Source: Nitrosopumilus sp.
Lineage (GTDB): Archaea > Thermoproteota > Nitrososphaeria > Nitrososphaerales > Nitrosopumilaceae
Length of the DNA: 64,000 bases
Direction of reading: 5' to 3'
NCBI GenBank assembly: GCA_965206745.1
Contig: OZ242220.1
Coordinates: forward strand, 900,434 to 964,433
Under the pieces are notes generated by a model. That model ran no database searches. It was not told the DNA's origin and saw only the letters and a program-made list of their open reading frames with translations. Both the position numbers and the translations under genes were made by a program. This document shows positions 1-9,826 of the stretch, one piece after another; the first letter of the stretch is position 1, and each line of letters opens with the position of its first letter.

Positions 1-165
1 TCTCACGGCCTGCTTGCAACAAGTGATTTGGAGGATTCTGAAAAGAACAAAAAATACTGTTCTGTAATAGACAACTTTTCAGTCAAGATTCAAGGTGATG
101 AATTTCACATGTATGTTACAATCAACGAGATTGCAAATACGGATCCTCTAAGAATCGTCTGCTAG
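1..165 (+). CDS. 3' end of a hypothetical protein (runs off the window start)
   Basis: Frame 1 is open from base 1 to TAG at 163-165 (SHGLLATSDLEDSEKNKKYCSVIDNFSVKIQGDEFHMYVTINEIANTDPLRIVC*). Confidence 0.5.
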   Translation, partial: SHGLLATSDLEDSEKNKKYCSVIDNFSVKIQGDEFHMYVTINEIANTDPLRIVC

Positions 166-322
166 TGCGGTTTTAGTTTCATGCCTACTGGCATTCCAAT
201 CTTGGCTGAATGTTGCTGGCAAAGATGCCTCAAAAAATGACTTGACTGCAGGCAGATTATCTGCACTGTTCCAGTCCGATATCCATTAATAGTTGACCTG
301 TATAATCTAGGTTGACCTAGAT

Positions 323-904
323 ATGACAAGTCAATCTGAGCCCAACTCTGAATCATCTGAGCGTGAACGAATCGTATTTGAGTTCATACGTGATAATCCC
401 AATCTGCATCATAACGGGCTGATAAAGCTGATTGTTCCAGAATTTATGGCAAAGACTACCTTTGAGAAAACCCGTGACTCCCTATTGGAGAAGCAAGTAA
501 TCTCCGTGACTGCTCGCAGAAACATGAAGTTCTATTCTCCTGCTGAAAATTATGAGGCAAGACTCTACCATCGCATCGAGATGCATGCCAACTCCTCTTA
601 CCATGACTTGAAACTGAGAATCAAAAAATTGGGCAGCGACTATTCCCACAAGGATGCAGATGAAAAGATCTCATTGGCAACACTGATACTACAAAATTTG
701 ATTCGCACAGATGGCGGATTTACATTGCTGGATTCTGCAAAAAACCCGAAAAAGACGCTATACCGTGATGAGCACCTGACTATACAGCAGCTGATCAACT
801 ACATCTTTGAACTGGTGCGAAATGACAGGGATTTTGAGATCATCTTTCCTGCCATCATTGGCAATCTGGGAACAATGGTGCCTCAGGGCAGTTTGGATAA
901 ATAG
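323..904 (+). CDS. Hypothetical protein with N-terminal winged-helix-like region
   Basis: 193-aa ORF; N-terminus IVFEFIRDNPNLHHNGLIKLIV...KTRDSLLEKQVI has the wHTH pattern. Confidence 0.7.
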   Translation: MTSQSEPNSESSERERIVFEFIRDNPNLHHNGLIKLIVPEFMAKTTFEKTRDSLLEKQVISVTARRNMKFYSPAENYEARLYHRIEMHANSSYHDLKLRIKKLGSDYSHKDADEKISLATLILQNLIRTDGGFTLLDSAKNPKKTLYRDEHLTIQQLINYIFELVRNDRDFEIIFPAIIGNLGTMVPQGSLDK

Positions 905-930
905 GACTTTATCTAGTTATTTATTCGGGC

Positions 931-1188
931 TTGTCATATCAGATTCAAATGGGTTTGCTGTATACCAAATTTTACATGGATTTTGAGGATGATGAGTGGA
1001 GCCAAATCTCAAATGATCCCATCATCTTTCAGACCATCAAAGATGACGTGAATCTTGAGATTGAAGACTCGTCGCTCAAGTCCTACAAGCTCATGTTCAA
1101 GAAAGGTGGCAAGATTCACATGTTTAGGGTCACCGGCAAGTTTCGCCTAACGTGGGATGATGAGGACCTGCTCAACTCTATAAAATAA
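931..1188 (+). CDS. Hypothetical protein
   Basis: 85-aa ORF with normal composition, co-oriented with its neighbours; true start may be an internal ATG. Confidence 0.7.
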   Translation: MSYQIQMGLLYTKFYMDFEDDEWSQISNDPIIFQTIKDDVNLEIEDSSLKSYKLMFKKGGKIHMFRVTGKFRLTWDDEDLLNSIK

Positions 1189-1213
1189 TAATGGGAATAT
1201 CTCACAAAATGAC

Positions 1214-1444
1214 ATGTCCCTAGAGGAAGAAATCAGGATGATTCTAGATGATTTTGAATCTGTAAAATCCCAAAAGATTGTTGATACTTTGAGTCAGATC
1301 AAGCCCCATTTCAAAAATGATCTGATTTCAGAATATCTGCAGGGAAAGATCCAAAAAATCCTGGATTCTGCAGACGAGTCCGATAGAAAGATACAATGTA
1401 AAGCACTGATGCCCTATTTTGACTGGTACCTGCAAGGGCTGTAG
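1214..1444 (+). CDS. Hypothetical protein
   Basis: 76-aa ATG ORF, helical composition. Confidence 0.7.
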   Translation: MSLEEEIRMILDDFESVKSQKIVDTLSQIKPHFKNDLISEYLQGKIQKILDSADESDRKIQCKALMPYFDWYLQGL

Positions 1445-1446
1445 GT

Positions 1447-1872
1447 TTAATCTGAAAAATTATTTATTTTTGCCAGTGCCGTCTTGATGGTCTCCAGATC
1501 CCTTCTTCCCTGAATCATGTCCCCCACCAATCTGATATAGTACTCGTGTCCGATGTCTTCTGCCTTGTGAATGTCTGACTCGTAGCACGACAGAGCCCTT
1601 TCCAGAAACTCTTTTTCGTCTCTTAGTTTGGCCATATCTTTGGTGCTTTGCAGGCCGGAGTGAATCTTTTTGATTACCTCGCTGATTTTTGGGACCGTCT
1701 TTCTTGCCTGCTCATTTAAAACAGATGAAAACATCCCTGGCGAGTCTTTTATCTCTGGGCTGCCGCTGAGTGTCTTTAATCTGTTTTTGTAGTGTGTCAG
1801 TGACTTTAAAATTATCTCATAGCCTCCCTCATCTTTGAGGTATATCGCCCCTAGCCAAATTTTTCCAGCCAT
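1447..1872 (-). CDS. Hypothetical protein (thaumarchaeal type)
   Basis: 141-aa ORF, tightly convergent with the previous gene. Confidence 0.75.
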   Translation of the reverse strand: MAGKIWLGAIYLKDEGGYEIILKSLTHYKNRLKTLSGSPEIKDSPGMFSSVLNEQARKTVPKISEVIKKIHSGLQSTKDMAKLRDEKEFLERALSCYESDIHKAEDIGHEYYIRLVGDMIQGRRDLETIKTALAKINNFSD

Positions 1873-1962
1873 GTGTCATTGTGATTTGTCCGAGTTATAA
1901 TTTAGTTTTTAATTTTGCAAGCGATTTTGGTTTGATCCTCCTGTAATCTGTGGGCTCAAACG

Positions 1963-2178
1963 TCAGTTCTCTCTGATTGCCGGCTCGTTCTTGCTGATAA
2001 GGTACAGCAAAACGCCTGCAAGGCAGACCCCCATCCCGCTGATGCCTCCAAACGTGCCTACATTTTTGATGAATCGCAGTTCCTGGTTTGACTCTCCCAG
2101 TTCAATTGAATAAAACATTATCAGACCAGTTCCAAACATGATGATACCCACGATGATTATTCCGATGGACATCTTCAT
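1963..2178 (-). CDS. Small two-TM membrane protein
   Basis: Two hydrophobic segments (IGIIIVGIIMFGTGLIMFY; GISGMGVCLAGVLLYLI). Confidence 0.75.
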   Translation of the reverse strand: MKMSIGIIIVGIIMFGTGLIMFYSIELGESNQELRFIKNVGTFGGISGMGVCLAGVLLYLISKNEPAIREN

Positions 2179-2412
2179 ACCCTCTCTGATTTGTTCTGAT
2201 TAATAAACGGCAAAAATGCATTCCCGGTGAGCAGATCCTCAAAAATATCTGTTCCTGATTTATCTGCCAAGATTACAACTTGGAAGTGTTGCTAAACGGT
2301 ACGGGATCTAAAATTCAAATCCGATCTCAAAAGTATGGTTGGCAAAGATCAAACGTGTTTACTCAATTGAGCATGGCTCCAAAGGGATGGGCATGTCTTT
2401 TTTGAAAACATC

Positions 2413-3030
2413 TCACCGTATCTTTACTGTGATCTCCTCCCCGTTGCCTATCGGTGATGTGACTGTCCTTACTCGAGGGTTTGCCTTGATGTACTCTGAG
2501 AATCTTTTCATCTCGGGCCTGTATTTTTCTGGGTACAGCATGTTGTCTGTAATTATTATCCCTCCTGCAGATACCATTGGAAGGATCAGATCAAAGTACT
2601 CTTTGAGATTCTCCTTGTCTGCATCAATCAAGACAAAATCAAAAAAATCACTGTACCTATTTTGAGAGTTTAGTTCTGTTAGTATGTTCATTGCCTGTCC
2701 CTCTTTTATCACAACTCTCTCTGATAATCCAGCTCGCTGAAGGTTTTCCCTTGCCCTTTTGATTTTATTTGGATTCTGCTCTATTGTGATAATCTCACCC
2801 AAGTTCTCTGAGATTGCCTCGACACACCATATCGTTGAATATCCAGTTGATGTCCCAACCTCGAGCATGTTTTTTGCATTTTTTAGGCGCAAAATCATGT
2901 TTATCATCTTGCCTGTCTCTTTGGTGATTGCAAGCATTCTGTCCTCTGGTGCCACATCCACTTTTCTTGATTTTTCAAGAACCGATTGGTCTTCTAATTC
3001 GTTGAGGACATCCTCGATGGATTTCTTCAT
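2413..3030 (-). CDS. SAM-dependent O-methyltransferase (caffeoyl-CoA OMT-like)
   Basis: LEVGTSTGYS SAM motif, FDFVLIDADK, GGIIITDN. Confidence 0.9.
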   Translation of the reverse strand: MKKSIEDVLNELEDQSVLEKSRKVDVAPEDRMLAITKETGKMINMILRLKNAKNMLEVGTSTGYSTIWCVEAISENLGEIITIEQNPNKIKRARENLQRAGLSERVVIKEGQAMNILTELNSQNRYSDFFDFVLIDADKENLKEYFDLILPMVSAGGIIITDNMLYPEKYRPEMKRFSEYIKANPRVRTVTSPIGNGEEITVKIR

Positions 3031-3129
3031 ATGATCGGGATGAATTTGAATTGATTTAACTTTATTTTTTATTCTTTTTATTGAAACATTTGATAGCTTA
3101 TATTTAGCAAATCTTTTTTTAATACAGAA

Positions 3130-3507
3130 ATGGCAGCAAAAAAGGTCGATTTACTTGGTGTTGTTCAAAAGATCCTTGCACTAGACACAAAGATGAGGTT
3201 TGCAGCAATCATTGATCCAAAGGGCAATATTCGCGAGGCCATTATGAAGGCAGGAAAGACTAATTTAAAGAATCAAAAAGAGGAGGAGCATTTCTGCCAG
3301 CAGGTTGCCCAGAGACGCTCTATGAGAAAAGAGTTTGACAAGTCTCTTGGCAAGGTCCGATACGTTCATGTCGAAAGAGAAAAGGTATCACAGATGGTGA
3401 TTTACACTAAACGAAACATTGTATATTTTACCATGGAACCAGAAATGCCAATTGACACCAAAATACGACTAATCACCAAGATCAAGAAATTTACCCTTGA
3501 CATCTAG
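3130..3507 (+). CDS. Roadblock-like thaumarchaeal protein (DUF6659-like)
   Basis: MRFAAIID..G...R..M...FD.SLGKVRYVHVEREKV pattern. Confidence 0.7.
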   Translation: MAAKKVDLLGVVQKILALDTKMRFAAIIDPKGNIREAIMKAGKTNLKNQKEEEHFCQQVAQRRSMRKEFDKSLGKVRYVHVEREKVSQMVIYTKRNIVYFTMEPEMPIDTKIRLITKIKKFTLDI

Positions 3508-3522
3508 GCCTTTTTAGCAACT

Positions 3523-3879
3523 TTGGATATGGCCATCAAGTATTTCCGTGATTCAAAAATGTTCGAGTATGACAAGTTTTATCAAGACTGTCGGCAACAA
3601 AATCGGCCCTTCATCAAGGCAAAAATAAATCCCCTGCATGGCAACTATTTTGTCGAGTTGGATTTGATAACGTGCAACCACACATTGTCTGAGAAGGCAC
3701 AACAACAGATTGGCAAACTGCTGCAAGATGAGATGGAGTATGTCAAATCAAACCTGGATTATTCTTTTGAGGACTTTCATATTGGTGAAGAGCAGGCATG
3801 GTTTGACGGGGTGTACTCTGAGCACGTTGATGCTTTTTGCAGTTCCCTGTATGATTTGGCTGAAAAAAATCAAGATTAA
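3523..3879 (+). CDS. Hypothetical protein
   Basis: 118-aa ORF co-oriented with the upstream gene. Confidence 0.7.
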   Translation: MDMAIKYFRDSKMFEYDKFYQDCRQQNRPFIKAKINPLHGNYFVELDLITCNHTLSEKAQQQIGKLLQDEMEYVKSNLDYSFEDFHIGEEQAWFDGVYSEHVDAFCSSLYDLAEKNQD

Positions 3880-4082
3880 AACCGTATCAAATTTTTTAAA
3901 ATTTTGTCAATGACTTGAATCTCTTCTTTCCGTTCTTTTATCGCAGACTGATTCCATTCTTTTGCAAACTCTGACTCTCTGTCCATCTTTTCTAAAACTT
4001 CAATGTACTTTACAAGGTGAATTTTGTAGTCGTGAAGCAGATCCAGATGCTTGTTGTGATTCTTCTCAGTCGGTGTGGCCAT
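3876..4082 (-). CDS. Hypothetical protein
   Basis: 68-aa helical ORF coupled to the upstream minus-strand ORF. Confidence 0.65.
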   Translation of the reverse strand: MATPTEKNHNKHLDLLHDYKIHLVKYIEVLEKMDRESEFAKEWNQSAIKERKEEIQVIDKILKNLIRF

Positions 4083-4299
4083 CCCATTCCTCCTCTGCCA
4101 TATCTGGGAACATGTCCCTTATGCGCTTTTTGTCTTTTTGCATTGCCTCTATCCTCTTCTCCAGGTGGCTTTTGACTGCCGGCTCTGCCTCCTGTTCTTT
4201 CTCACCCTCGATATCTGAGATGATTTTGGATAGCGATTTATAATATGAGATGTGGTTTTTTTTCGACTCCTCTGATGTGTCCTCTTTTTTTACATCCAT
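4066..4299 (-). CDS. Hypothetical charged coiled-coil protein
   Basis: 77-aa ATG ORF. Confidence 0.7.
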   Translation of the reverse strand: MDVKKEDTSEESKKNHISYYKSLSKIISDIEGEKEQEAEPAVKSHLEKRIEAMQKDKKRIRDMFPDMAEEEWDGHTD

Positions 4300-4368
4300 C
4301 GTATCTTATGATACTGTTGAAAATAAGTACTTGATCCTTTGGTATTTGTTTACATTAATATTGAAATT

Positions 4369-4656
4369 ATGTTGTCAAAACATGTGAAAATCCTTATCGA
4401 CGAGATGGATGATGGATGGGATGAGAAACTCAAAGAATTAGGCCATGATGCATATAGTGTCAAAAAATTACGTGTAGATGGCCATAAATTGGGGACTGAT
4501 TACTCTGTGATTAATTATGCTAAAGAAAATGACATGGTCCTAGTAACTCGTGATACTGAAAACGGTCAGGCATGTGAAGAAAATGGATTGCCATACATAT
4601 TGTTAGATAATAACGAGATTTTTAAAATCGTATTGGATAAACTAAAAGATTCCTAG
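4369..4656 (+). CDS. PIN-like domain protein (DUF5615/Mut7-C-like)
   Basis: KILIDEM...D..VINYAKENDMVLVTRD acidic PIN pattern; start moved to ATG 4369 (GTG 4384 also possible). Confidence 0.75.
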   Translation: MLSKHVKILIDEMDDGWDEKLKELGHDAYSVKKLRVDGHKLGTDYSVINYAKENDMVLVTRDTENGQACEENGLPYILLDNNEIFKIVLDKLKDS

Positions 4657-5219
4657 TTCACGTTATTTGTATCCATGTGAGATATTCTCAAATTTGCCAA
4701 GACCTCGTTTAGAAAATCCTCCTCCTTTTGATGTGTAATGTTGTTCATTATTGATTCCCAGCAATCATTTATCTTTCTAATTATCTGTGAATACATCTTG
4801 TCCTTTTTGAATGCAGGATAATATGACAGCAACTTCATTATCCCGTCAGTTGATTGGACTATGTGTATCTGGTGAATAATTGATCTTAGCCTTTGATGAT
4901 ATGACCACCCCTCCTCCCTTATGATGATTTGAAAACTGCCAATCTCCTCAAAAATCATCTCTATCTCCTTGTGCAGGTTCTTTAGCTGGCTGTTTACTGA
5001 CTCGGAGAGATTGATTAGCTCATACTCGATGTGAGACCTGCTGTGGACTTTTTTGTCGATTTCCCCTGCCTCGACTAGGGAACTGATCTCCCTGTACACT
5101 ATCTTCTCATTGCCTACTTTTTCTATCACCCTCTTGGCAAGCTCTGTCCCCCTGATCTTCCCATTCTCGTTTAGTATTCTGATAATTTCGGTCTTGATTA
5201 TCTCTGAATTTTTGTCCAT
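4653..5219 (-). CDS. Winged-helix domain protein
   Basis: IIRILNENGKIRGTELAKRV...YREISSLVEAGEIDKK wHTH pattern. Confidence 0.75.
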   Translation of the reverse strand: MDKNSEIIKTEIIRILNENGKIRGTELAKRVIEKVGNEKIVYREISSLVEAGEIDKKVHSRSHIEYELINLSESVNSQLKNLHKEIEMIFEEIGSFQIIIREEGWSYHQRLRSIIHQIHIVQSTDGIMKLLSYYPAFKKDKMYSQIIRKINDCWESIMNNITHQKEEDFLNEVLANLRISHMDTNNVN

Positions 5220-5234
5220 GACTTTTCCTAGGAT

Positions 5235-5468
5235 TTACCTGCGATACCTCTCAATTACTGCCTTTTCTCCTGTCTGGCTAATCTCTGTTACTAATTTGTC
5301 CAATATGTCAATCCCATTCTTTATGGGCTCTTTATCCAAATTTTTGTGCTCTAGTTTCTGCTTTAGCACCCTCCTCTCGTTATTTACAAAATTCAGCAGT
5401 GGCACATTCTCCCCCATGTTCAGATTTACAAAAAAATCGATATATTCCTGAGTTGACTTTATTGCCAT
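5235..5468 (-). CDS. Hypothetical protein
   Basis: 77-aa ATG ORF. Confidence 0.7.
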   Translation of the reverse strand: MAIKSTQEYIDFFVNLNMGENVPLLNFVNNERRVLKQKLEHKNLDKEPIKNGIDILDKLVTEISQTGEKAVIERYRR

Positions 5469-5545
5469 GCTTTACTTCCCTTCCCCTTGTATCTGTTTGA
5501 AGCTATCGGTACTAGGTTTATTTGTGATTTTGACTGCCTCTGATC

Positions 5546-5794
5546 ATGGATAGCTGTGATAGACGTGTTCGTGCCTATAAGAACGGTAAGACCTTTGATC
5601 AGTGCAGGGATGTCGCAGAATCCATGAACCCCGATTTTAAAAAACTCATAGATGATAACGGCAAAGTCCTGTGGACTGAGATTTTGGAGAAGGTCGATCA
5701 CGATGAGATCATCTACAAGCTCACCCTGAAATTTTTAAGACGTGACGGATATGATATTGGAAACCACAAGATTCCAGAAGTCAAGAGATTCTAA
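5546..5794 (+). CDS. Hypothetical protein
   Basis: 82-aa ATG ORF, divergent from the previous gene. Confidence 0.7.
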   Translation: MDSCDRRVRAYKNGKTFDQCRDVAESMNPDFKKLIDDNGKVLWTEILEKVDHDEIIYKLTLKFLRRDGYDIGNHKIPEVKRF

Positions 5795-6612
5795 TCTGGA
5801 TCAATCTTGCAGCTTCCGTCTGCATTACGCATCCTTCTTGCCATGATGTATGGTGTGAGAAGCAGTATCGGTATTGAGATTGCAATGAAAAATGTCTGCA
5901 ACTGTGTGAGTGCAATTGACAGAGCTATCGCACTTGCAGTTCCGATAAACACTGACAGAAACGATCCTGCGCAAGTTGGGCATGCTATGAACAGTCCCGC
6001 TATGGCTCCGACTGAACTTGCCCCCCTGCCTTTCTTGGAGATTGCATATGCGTTAACGGCAATTGACGCGTTTAGCCCCACCAGATATGAGACGGTGATC
6101 TGTAGTACCAGGTTGATTGGAATTATGTTCAGTCCCACGTGCTCTGTCAGGTAGATGATTATCTGCGGCATGTATCCTGGCTCATCGCAGCACGGTGCAA
6201 CAAAGCCTGATGGGATTTCAGCTCCGTAGTGATACGAAAAAGTGACTTCTGGCTGATACACCAGTGTTCCTGAAACCAGTGAGAAAAATATCCCATATCC
6301 TGCAAATACCGCAACAAAGATCCTTCTGGATTTGGGGTTCCACGTGGTCATGGCAATTATCGAGGAGAGATCCCTTCCCTTGTTCTCTGCCTTCTCCCTG
6401 TGGTATCTATACATTCCAAGGGCGATGGCTCCAAAGGATACCAGCAGGATCACATAAAATCCATAGGCGATTCTCTGTATGGCATCAATTGCACTCGGGG
6501 TCAGCAGCTGGGGATCCTGGTATCTGCCATACATCAAAAACAGAATCCCTATGGTCACAAAACCCAGTATGATTAGCTTTTTGCCTTGGTTTGTACTCTT
6601 TTGTACCGTCAT
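5791..6612 (-). CDS. Multi-pass membrane protein with CC and CPTC motifs
   Basis: Several TM segments; PCCDEPG and ACPTCAG motifs. Confidence 0.8.
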   Translation of the reverse strand: MTVQKSTNQGKKLIILGFVTIGILFLMYGRYQDPQLLTPSAIDAIQRIAYGFYVILLVSFGAIALGMYRYHREKAENKGRDLSSIIAMTTWNPKSRRIFVAVFAGYGIFFSLVSGTLVYQPEVTFSYHYGAEIPSGFVAPCCDEPGYMPQIIIYLTEHVGLNIIPINLVLQITVSYLVGLNASIAVNAYAISKKGRGASSVGAIAGLFIACPTCAGSFLSVFIGTASAIALSIALTQLQTFFIAISIPILLLTPYIMARRMRNADGSCKIDPD

Positions 6613-6639
6613 GATTTTTCTCCGAGTTTAAATTCCATC

Positions 6640-8454
6640 TTAACTTAATTTGGGAACAAAGATGTAGATGATTGCAATTATCTCCAGTCTTCCAAAAATC
6701 ATCAAAAATCCCAAAACTATCTTTGTTGCAGGATCCGTATCAAAGTCAATCACGCCGGCTGATAATCCTCCTGTGGTAATCACGCCTGCTGCCTCAAAGA
6801 ATGCGTCTTGGAACGGGACATCCTCTATCTCTGCCAAGTGCAGTCCTGTAACTGCCGAAATTATGGGAAACAATGCCAGTATGATGAGAGTTGATATGAT
6901 TTCTTTTTTTGCCTGGCTTGAGAGTTTTGCCCTTCTCGCCTTGCTAAGCAATGCCCTGATGTCTTTGAGGTGGAGCAGTCTGAATATCTTCAAGCCACCG
7001 GCAGTTGAGAATCCGCAACCTCCGATGAACATCAGAATTATCAGGATGGTATGTGCCCCGCCGCTCAACCCTGCAAGACTCTCTACCTGCAGTCCTGCAG
7101 TAGTACTAGCTGATACGGAATAAAATGCGCTCTGCATCGGATCCAGGCCGCTGATTCCGATAAACAGAACAGTGGCGCTGCCCAGAATTGCAAAGTATGT
7201 CAAGACCTCTTTTCCAAGTTTTGGCGAGAGGAATTTCTTTCTTACAAATGCATAGTGGAATGTAAATGGCAGTGCTCCCAGAATCATTGCGCCCATAAGG
7301 ATTATGTGTTCCTGCCAGAGCAGCCCGTCAAGAATTGTCGATGTCGGCGTAAATCCTCCTGTGGCCAGCGTACTCATTGCCAATGAAAAGTTGTCTATTA
7401 TGTTACCCTCCCCAAATATGTACAGCAGAAATGCCACAATCACGATGTAAATTGCAAAGATGACAGTAATGGTCAGGAACAGCTCCTTCATGTGGAGTGT
7501 TCTGCCTGAAATAAAACCGCGCATTGATTGCAGTTTTGATTCTGGATAAAACGCGGTAATTACCAGATAGATGAAACTCATCCCCCCTACAAGCTGGGTA
7601 TAGCTTCGGAAGAATGTAAAGCTCTGAGAGAGCTTTTCTGGTTCGTCAAACAAAGAGATTCCGCCGGTGGTAAATCCTGCAGCACTAGAAAAGAATGCGT
7701 TGGCAAACACCTCCACATTGGTTTCGTCGCTTGGAAACACGTACAGATACGGGACCGTTCCAAACAGTGATAGCAAAAACAGGCTCGAAAACACCAGTAT
7801 CGAGGCTTGCTGTAGGTTGAGGCTTGATTTTTCCCCGTAAGAGTTCAGAAAGAACCCTGTAACTAGCAGAAGCACCGTGGTAAGATAAATTCCGGTGGCA
7901 GTGGTTGAATCCTCTAAGAGCGTTGCGACTATTGCCGGAACCAGGAGCAGGACTCCTGCAAACTGCAGTACAAAGCCAAGATTTCCCAAAACCGCCTTTA
8001 CCGGCGGACTGAGCAGACGCGGAGCAGTGGCTGTCGCATCTCTGATTACGTTTGCAATGACTGTCTGAAAGATCATTCCCACCACCTGGTTCTTCTTTGA
8101 TAGCACGGGAAGCTTTCTAATGTTGTTATCTCGCATCTTGTGCAATGCGTCTTGCAGCGTTGCCTTTTCGTTAATTGTGATAAGTGGGGCGCTCATGATG
8201 TCCTTTAGGGTTGTAGCTTCTGCGTAAACTGTAACGTCGCTGACCTTGCTTAGGATGTCCTCGTCTGTGACAATGCCTACAGGAAGGTTGTCCCCGTCTG
8301 TGACGATAATGTCGTCTGTCTCATAATGGCGCAGCATTCTTGCCGCCTCCCTGGTCTGCGTACCCAATCCCAGAATCAGCACATCTTTGTCCATGTATTT
8401 TGTTACTGATTTACTCAGAACATATGATACGGCACGTTCTGGATTCGTTGACAT
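6640..8454 (-). CDS. trkH: TrkH-family K+ uptake membrane protein with N-terminal CBS pair
   Basis: CBS motifs (GIVTDEDIL, IRKLPVL), then four pore loops (FTTGG, LATGG, STTAG, ITTGG); GCGFSTAGG; start moved to MSTNPE at 8454. Confidence 0.9.
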   Translation of the reverse strand: MSTNPERAVSYVLSKSVTKYMDKDVLILGLGTQTREAARMLRHYETDDIIVTDGDNLPVGIVTDEDILSKVSDVTVYAEATTLKDIMSAPLITINEKATLQDALHKMRDNNIRKLPVLSKKNQVVGMIFQTVIANVIRDATATAPRLLSPPVKAVLGNLGFVLQFAGVLLLVPAIVATLLEDSTTATGIYLTTVLLLVTGFFLNSYGEKSSLNLQQASILVFSSLFLLSLFGTVPYLYVFPSDETNVEVFANAFFSSAAGFTTGGISLFDEPEKLSQSFTFFRSYTQLVGGMSFIYLVITAFYPESKLQSMRGFISGRTLHMKELFLTITVIFAIYIVIVAFLLYIFGEGNIIDNFSLAMSTLATGGFTPTSTILDGLLWQEHIILMGAMILGALPFTFHYAFVRKKFLSPKLGKEVLTYFAILGSATVLFIGISGLDPMQSAFYSVSASTTAGLQVESLAGLSGGAHTILIILMFIGGCGFSTAGGLKIFRLLHLKDIRALLSKARRAKLSSQAKKEIISTLIILALFPIISAVTGLHLAEIEDVPFQDAFFEAAGVITTGGLSAGVIDFDTDPATKIVLGFLMIFGRLEIIAIIYIFVPKLS

Positions 8455-8605
8455 TAAGCTAACTTGGCTGGGGATTTTAAATAATTTGGGGTTATGCGTA
8501 AGTACTGATCGACTAAAAATGATTTGCGTGCCTTCTGGTCTTGAATCTGATCTGATCAAATTTGCTATCTTTATAAGCAGTGAGCGGGAAGTTATGCGTA
8601 ATATA

Positions 8606-9034
8606 ATGGAAATTGATCAAGCGCCGGAGCCTGATTATGACTCTGTAAAAATCAATTATGTTGGATTTGTTGATCCGTATGCTGTTGAGGGAATGGTCAT
8701 TCTAAAGGCTGATAACGGCAAAGAATTTCACATGAGGGCGTTTTCTGGAGAGGTCGCAAAACTTATCTCGAGTTTTGGCGAGGCCCAAGGCGATGCTGCC
8801 CCATCAATTTACAAGATGATTGAAGAGATTTGTGAGCAAAATGAGTTGGTTCTAGTCAAAGTCAAAATCTATGAGAGTGGGGATGTACTGCGTGCAAATC
8901 TGTACTTTACAGGCAAGAAGGACCTCGTATTGAGAAACTATCGCGCCTCAGATGCCATGGCGTTGGGTGCCTTTTACAATATCCCGATTCTAGTCAGAAA
9001 GAATCTTCTCAAGGAAAGCATGGAGGCTGAATAA
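8606..9034 (+). CDS. Bifunctional nuclease (DUF151) family protein
   Basis: VKVKIYESGDVLRANLYF...RASDAMALGAFYNIPILV pattern; start moved to ATG 8606. Confidence 0.8.
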   Translation: MEIDQAPEPDYDSVKINYVGFVDPYAVEGMVILKADNGKEFHMRAFSGEVAKLISSFGEAQGDAAPSIYKMIEEICEQNELVLVKVKIYESGDVLRANLYFTGKKDLVLRNYRASDAMALGAFYNIPILVRKNLLKESMEAE

Positions 9035-9042
9035 ATCTGGCC

Positions 9043-9403
9043 TTTGATGAGTCACAAATAGAAGACCGTTATTCAAAAGATTTTTTTGGAATCAGATTAA
9101 ATGATAATCCCTGGTTCAATTAAGAGCCGGTGATGACTTGATACGTGGTGAACGTATCATTTCACCGCCAATCCAGTTAAAAGATGAATTTTTGACACAC
9201 TAGGATAAATTTACAAGTTTCTCATTTGTAAAAATTTTGAATTCAAAGATCTGTATTTGCTGCTAAACGCACAGTAACTTGATACTCTGGAGAAGGCCTT
9301 TGAATCAGAGCAAGAATTCGTATTTCACGTCTATATCCACAAGATTACACAGAACCTCCAACAGTATGGTTTTTCTTCTAGTGTATCAGTGACATGTTGT
9401 GGA
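9043..9403 (+). pseudogene. Probable decayed hypothetical gene
   Basis: Protein-like segments in different frames (RAGDDLIRGERIISPPIQLKDEFLTH*; FEFKDLYLLLNAQ*LDTLEKAFESEQEFVFHVYIHKITQNLQQY) broken by stops and frameshifts. Confidence 0.35.
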
Positions 9404-9617
9404 TGAGCAAGAGCAGATAATGGATGATCTACTTAATGTTGATCTTGAGATAATTGATGTTGTTAGGCAACTGCGTCAGAAGGATTGGGATTCTGAATCC
9501 CTGAAGCAACATATTGGAGACTTGCTGAAAATTCGTGATGAAATGGTGCCACAGTTGCTGTCTTTAAAAGGAGATGAGAATTCCTGTGATTCCGGTCATG
9601 ACCATACACATCAATAA
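9399..9617 (+). CDS. Small acidic coiled-coil hypothetical protein with His-rich tail
   Basis: 72-aa GTG-start ORF ending GHDHTHQ. Confidence 0.65.
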   Translation: MDEQEQIMDDLLNVDLEIIDVVRQLRQKDWDSESLKQHIGDLLKIRDEMVPQLLSLKGDENSCDSGHDHTHQ

Positions 9618-9826
9618 TCAAAGCCTAGTTCTTTAAAAAAATTATCTGGAAACTTCTTTTTGATCTTTAGAATTTCTGCCTTGTAGTTTTGAATCTTTGA
9701 TTGAACCTCTTCTCTCTCTTTGCCTTCAAGCACACCACAGTCTTTTTCCAACCTCTTAATCTGATTTGTTAATGTCTTGTACATTATTGAAAATTCTGGA
9801 AAATTTTCTGGAAGTTCTTCACCCAT
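9611..9826 (-). CDS. Hypothetical protein
   Basis: 71-aa ATG ORF. Confidence 0.7.
   Translation of the reverse strand: MGEELPENFPEFSIMYKTLTNQIKRLEKDCGVLEGKEREEVQSKIQNYKAEILKIKKKFPDNFFKELGFDY

Noticed and set aside
162-356. 64-aa minus-strand ORF
   Set aside because: It overlaps the start of 323..904 head-to-head, leaving no promoter space, and has no recognisable motif. Not excluded, but unsupported.
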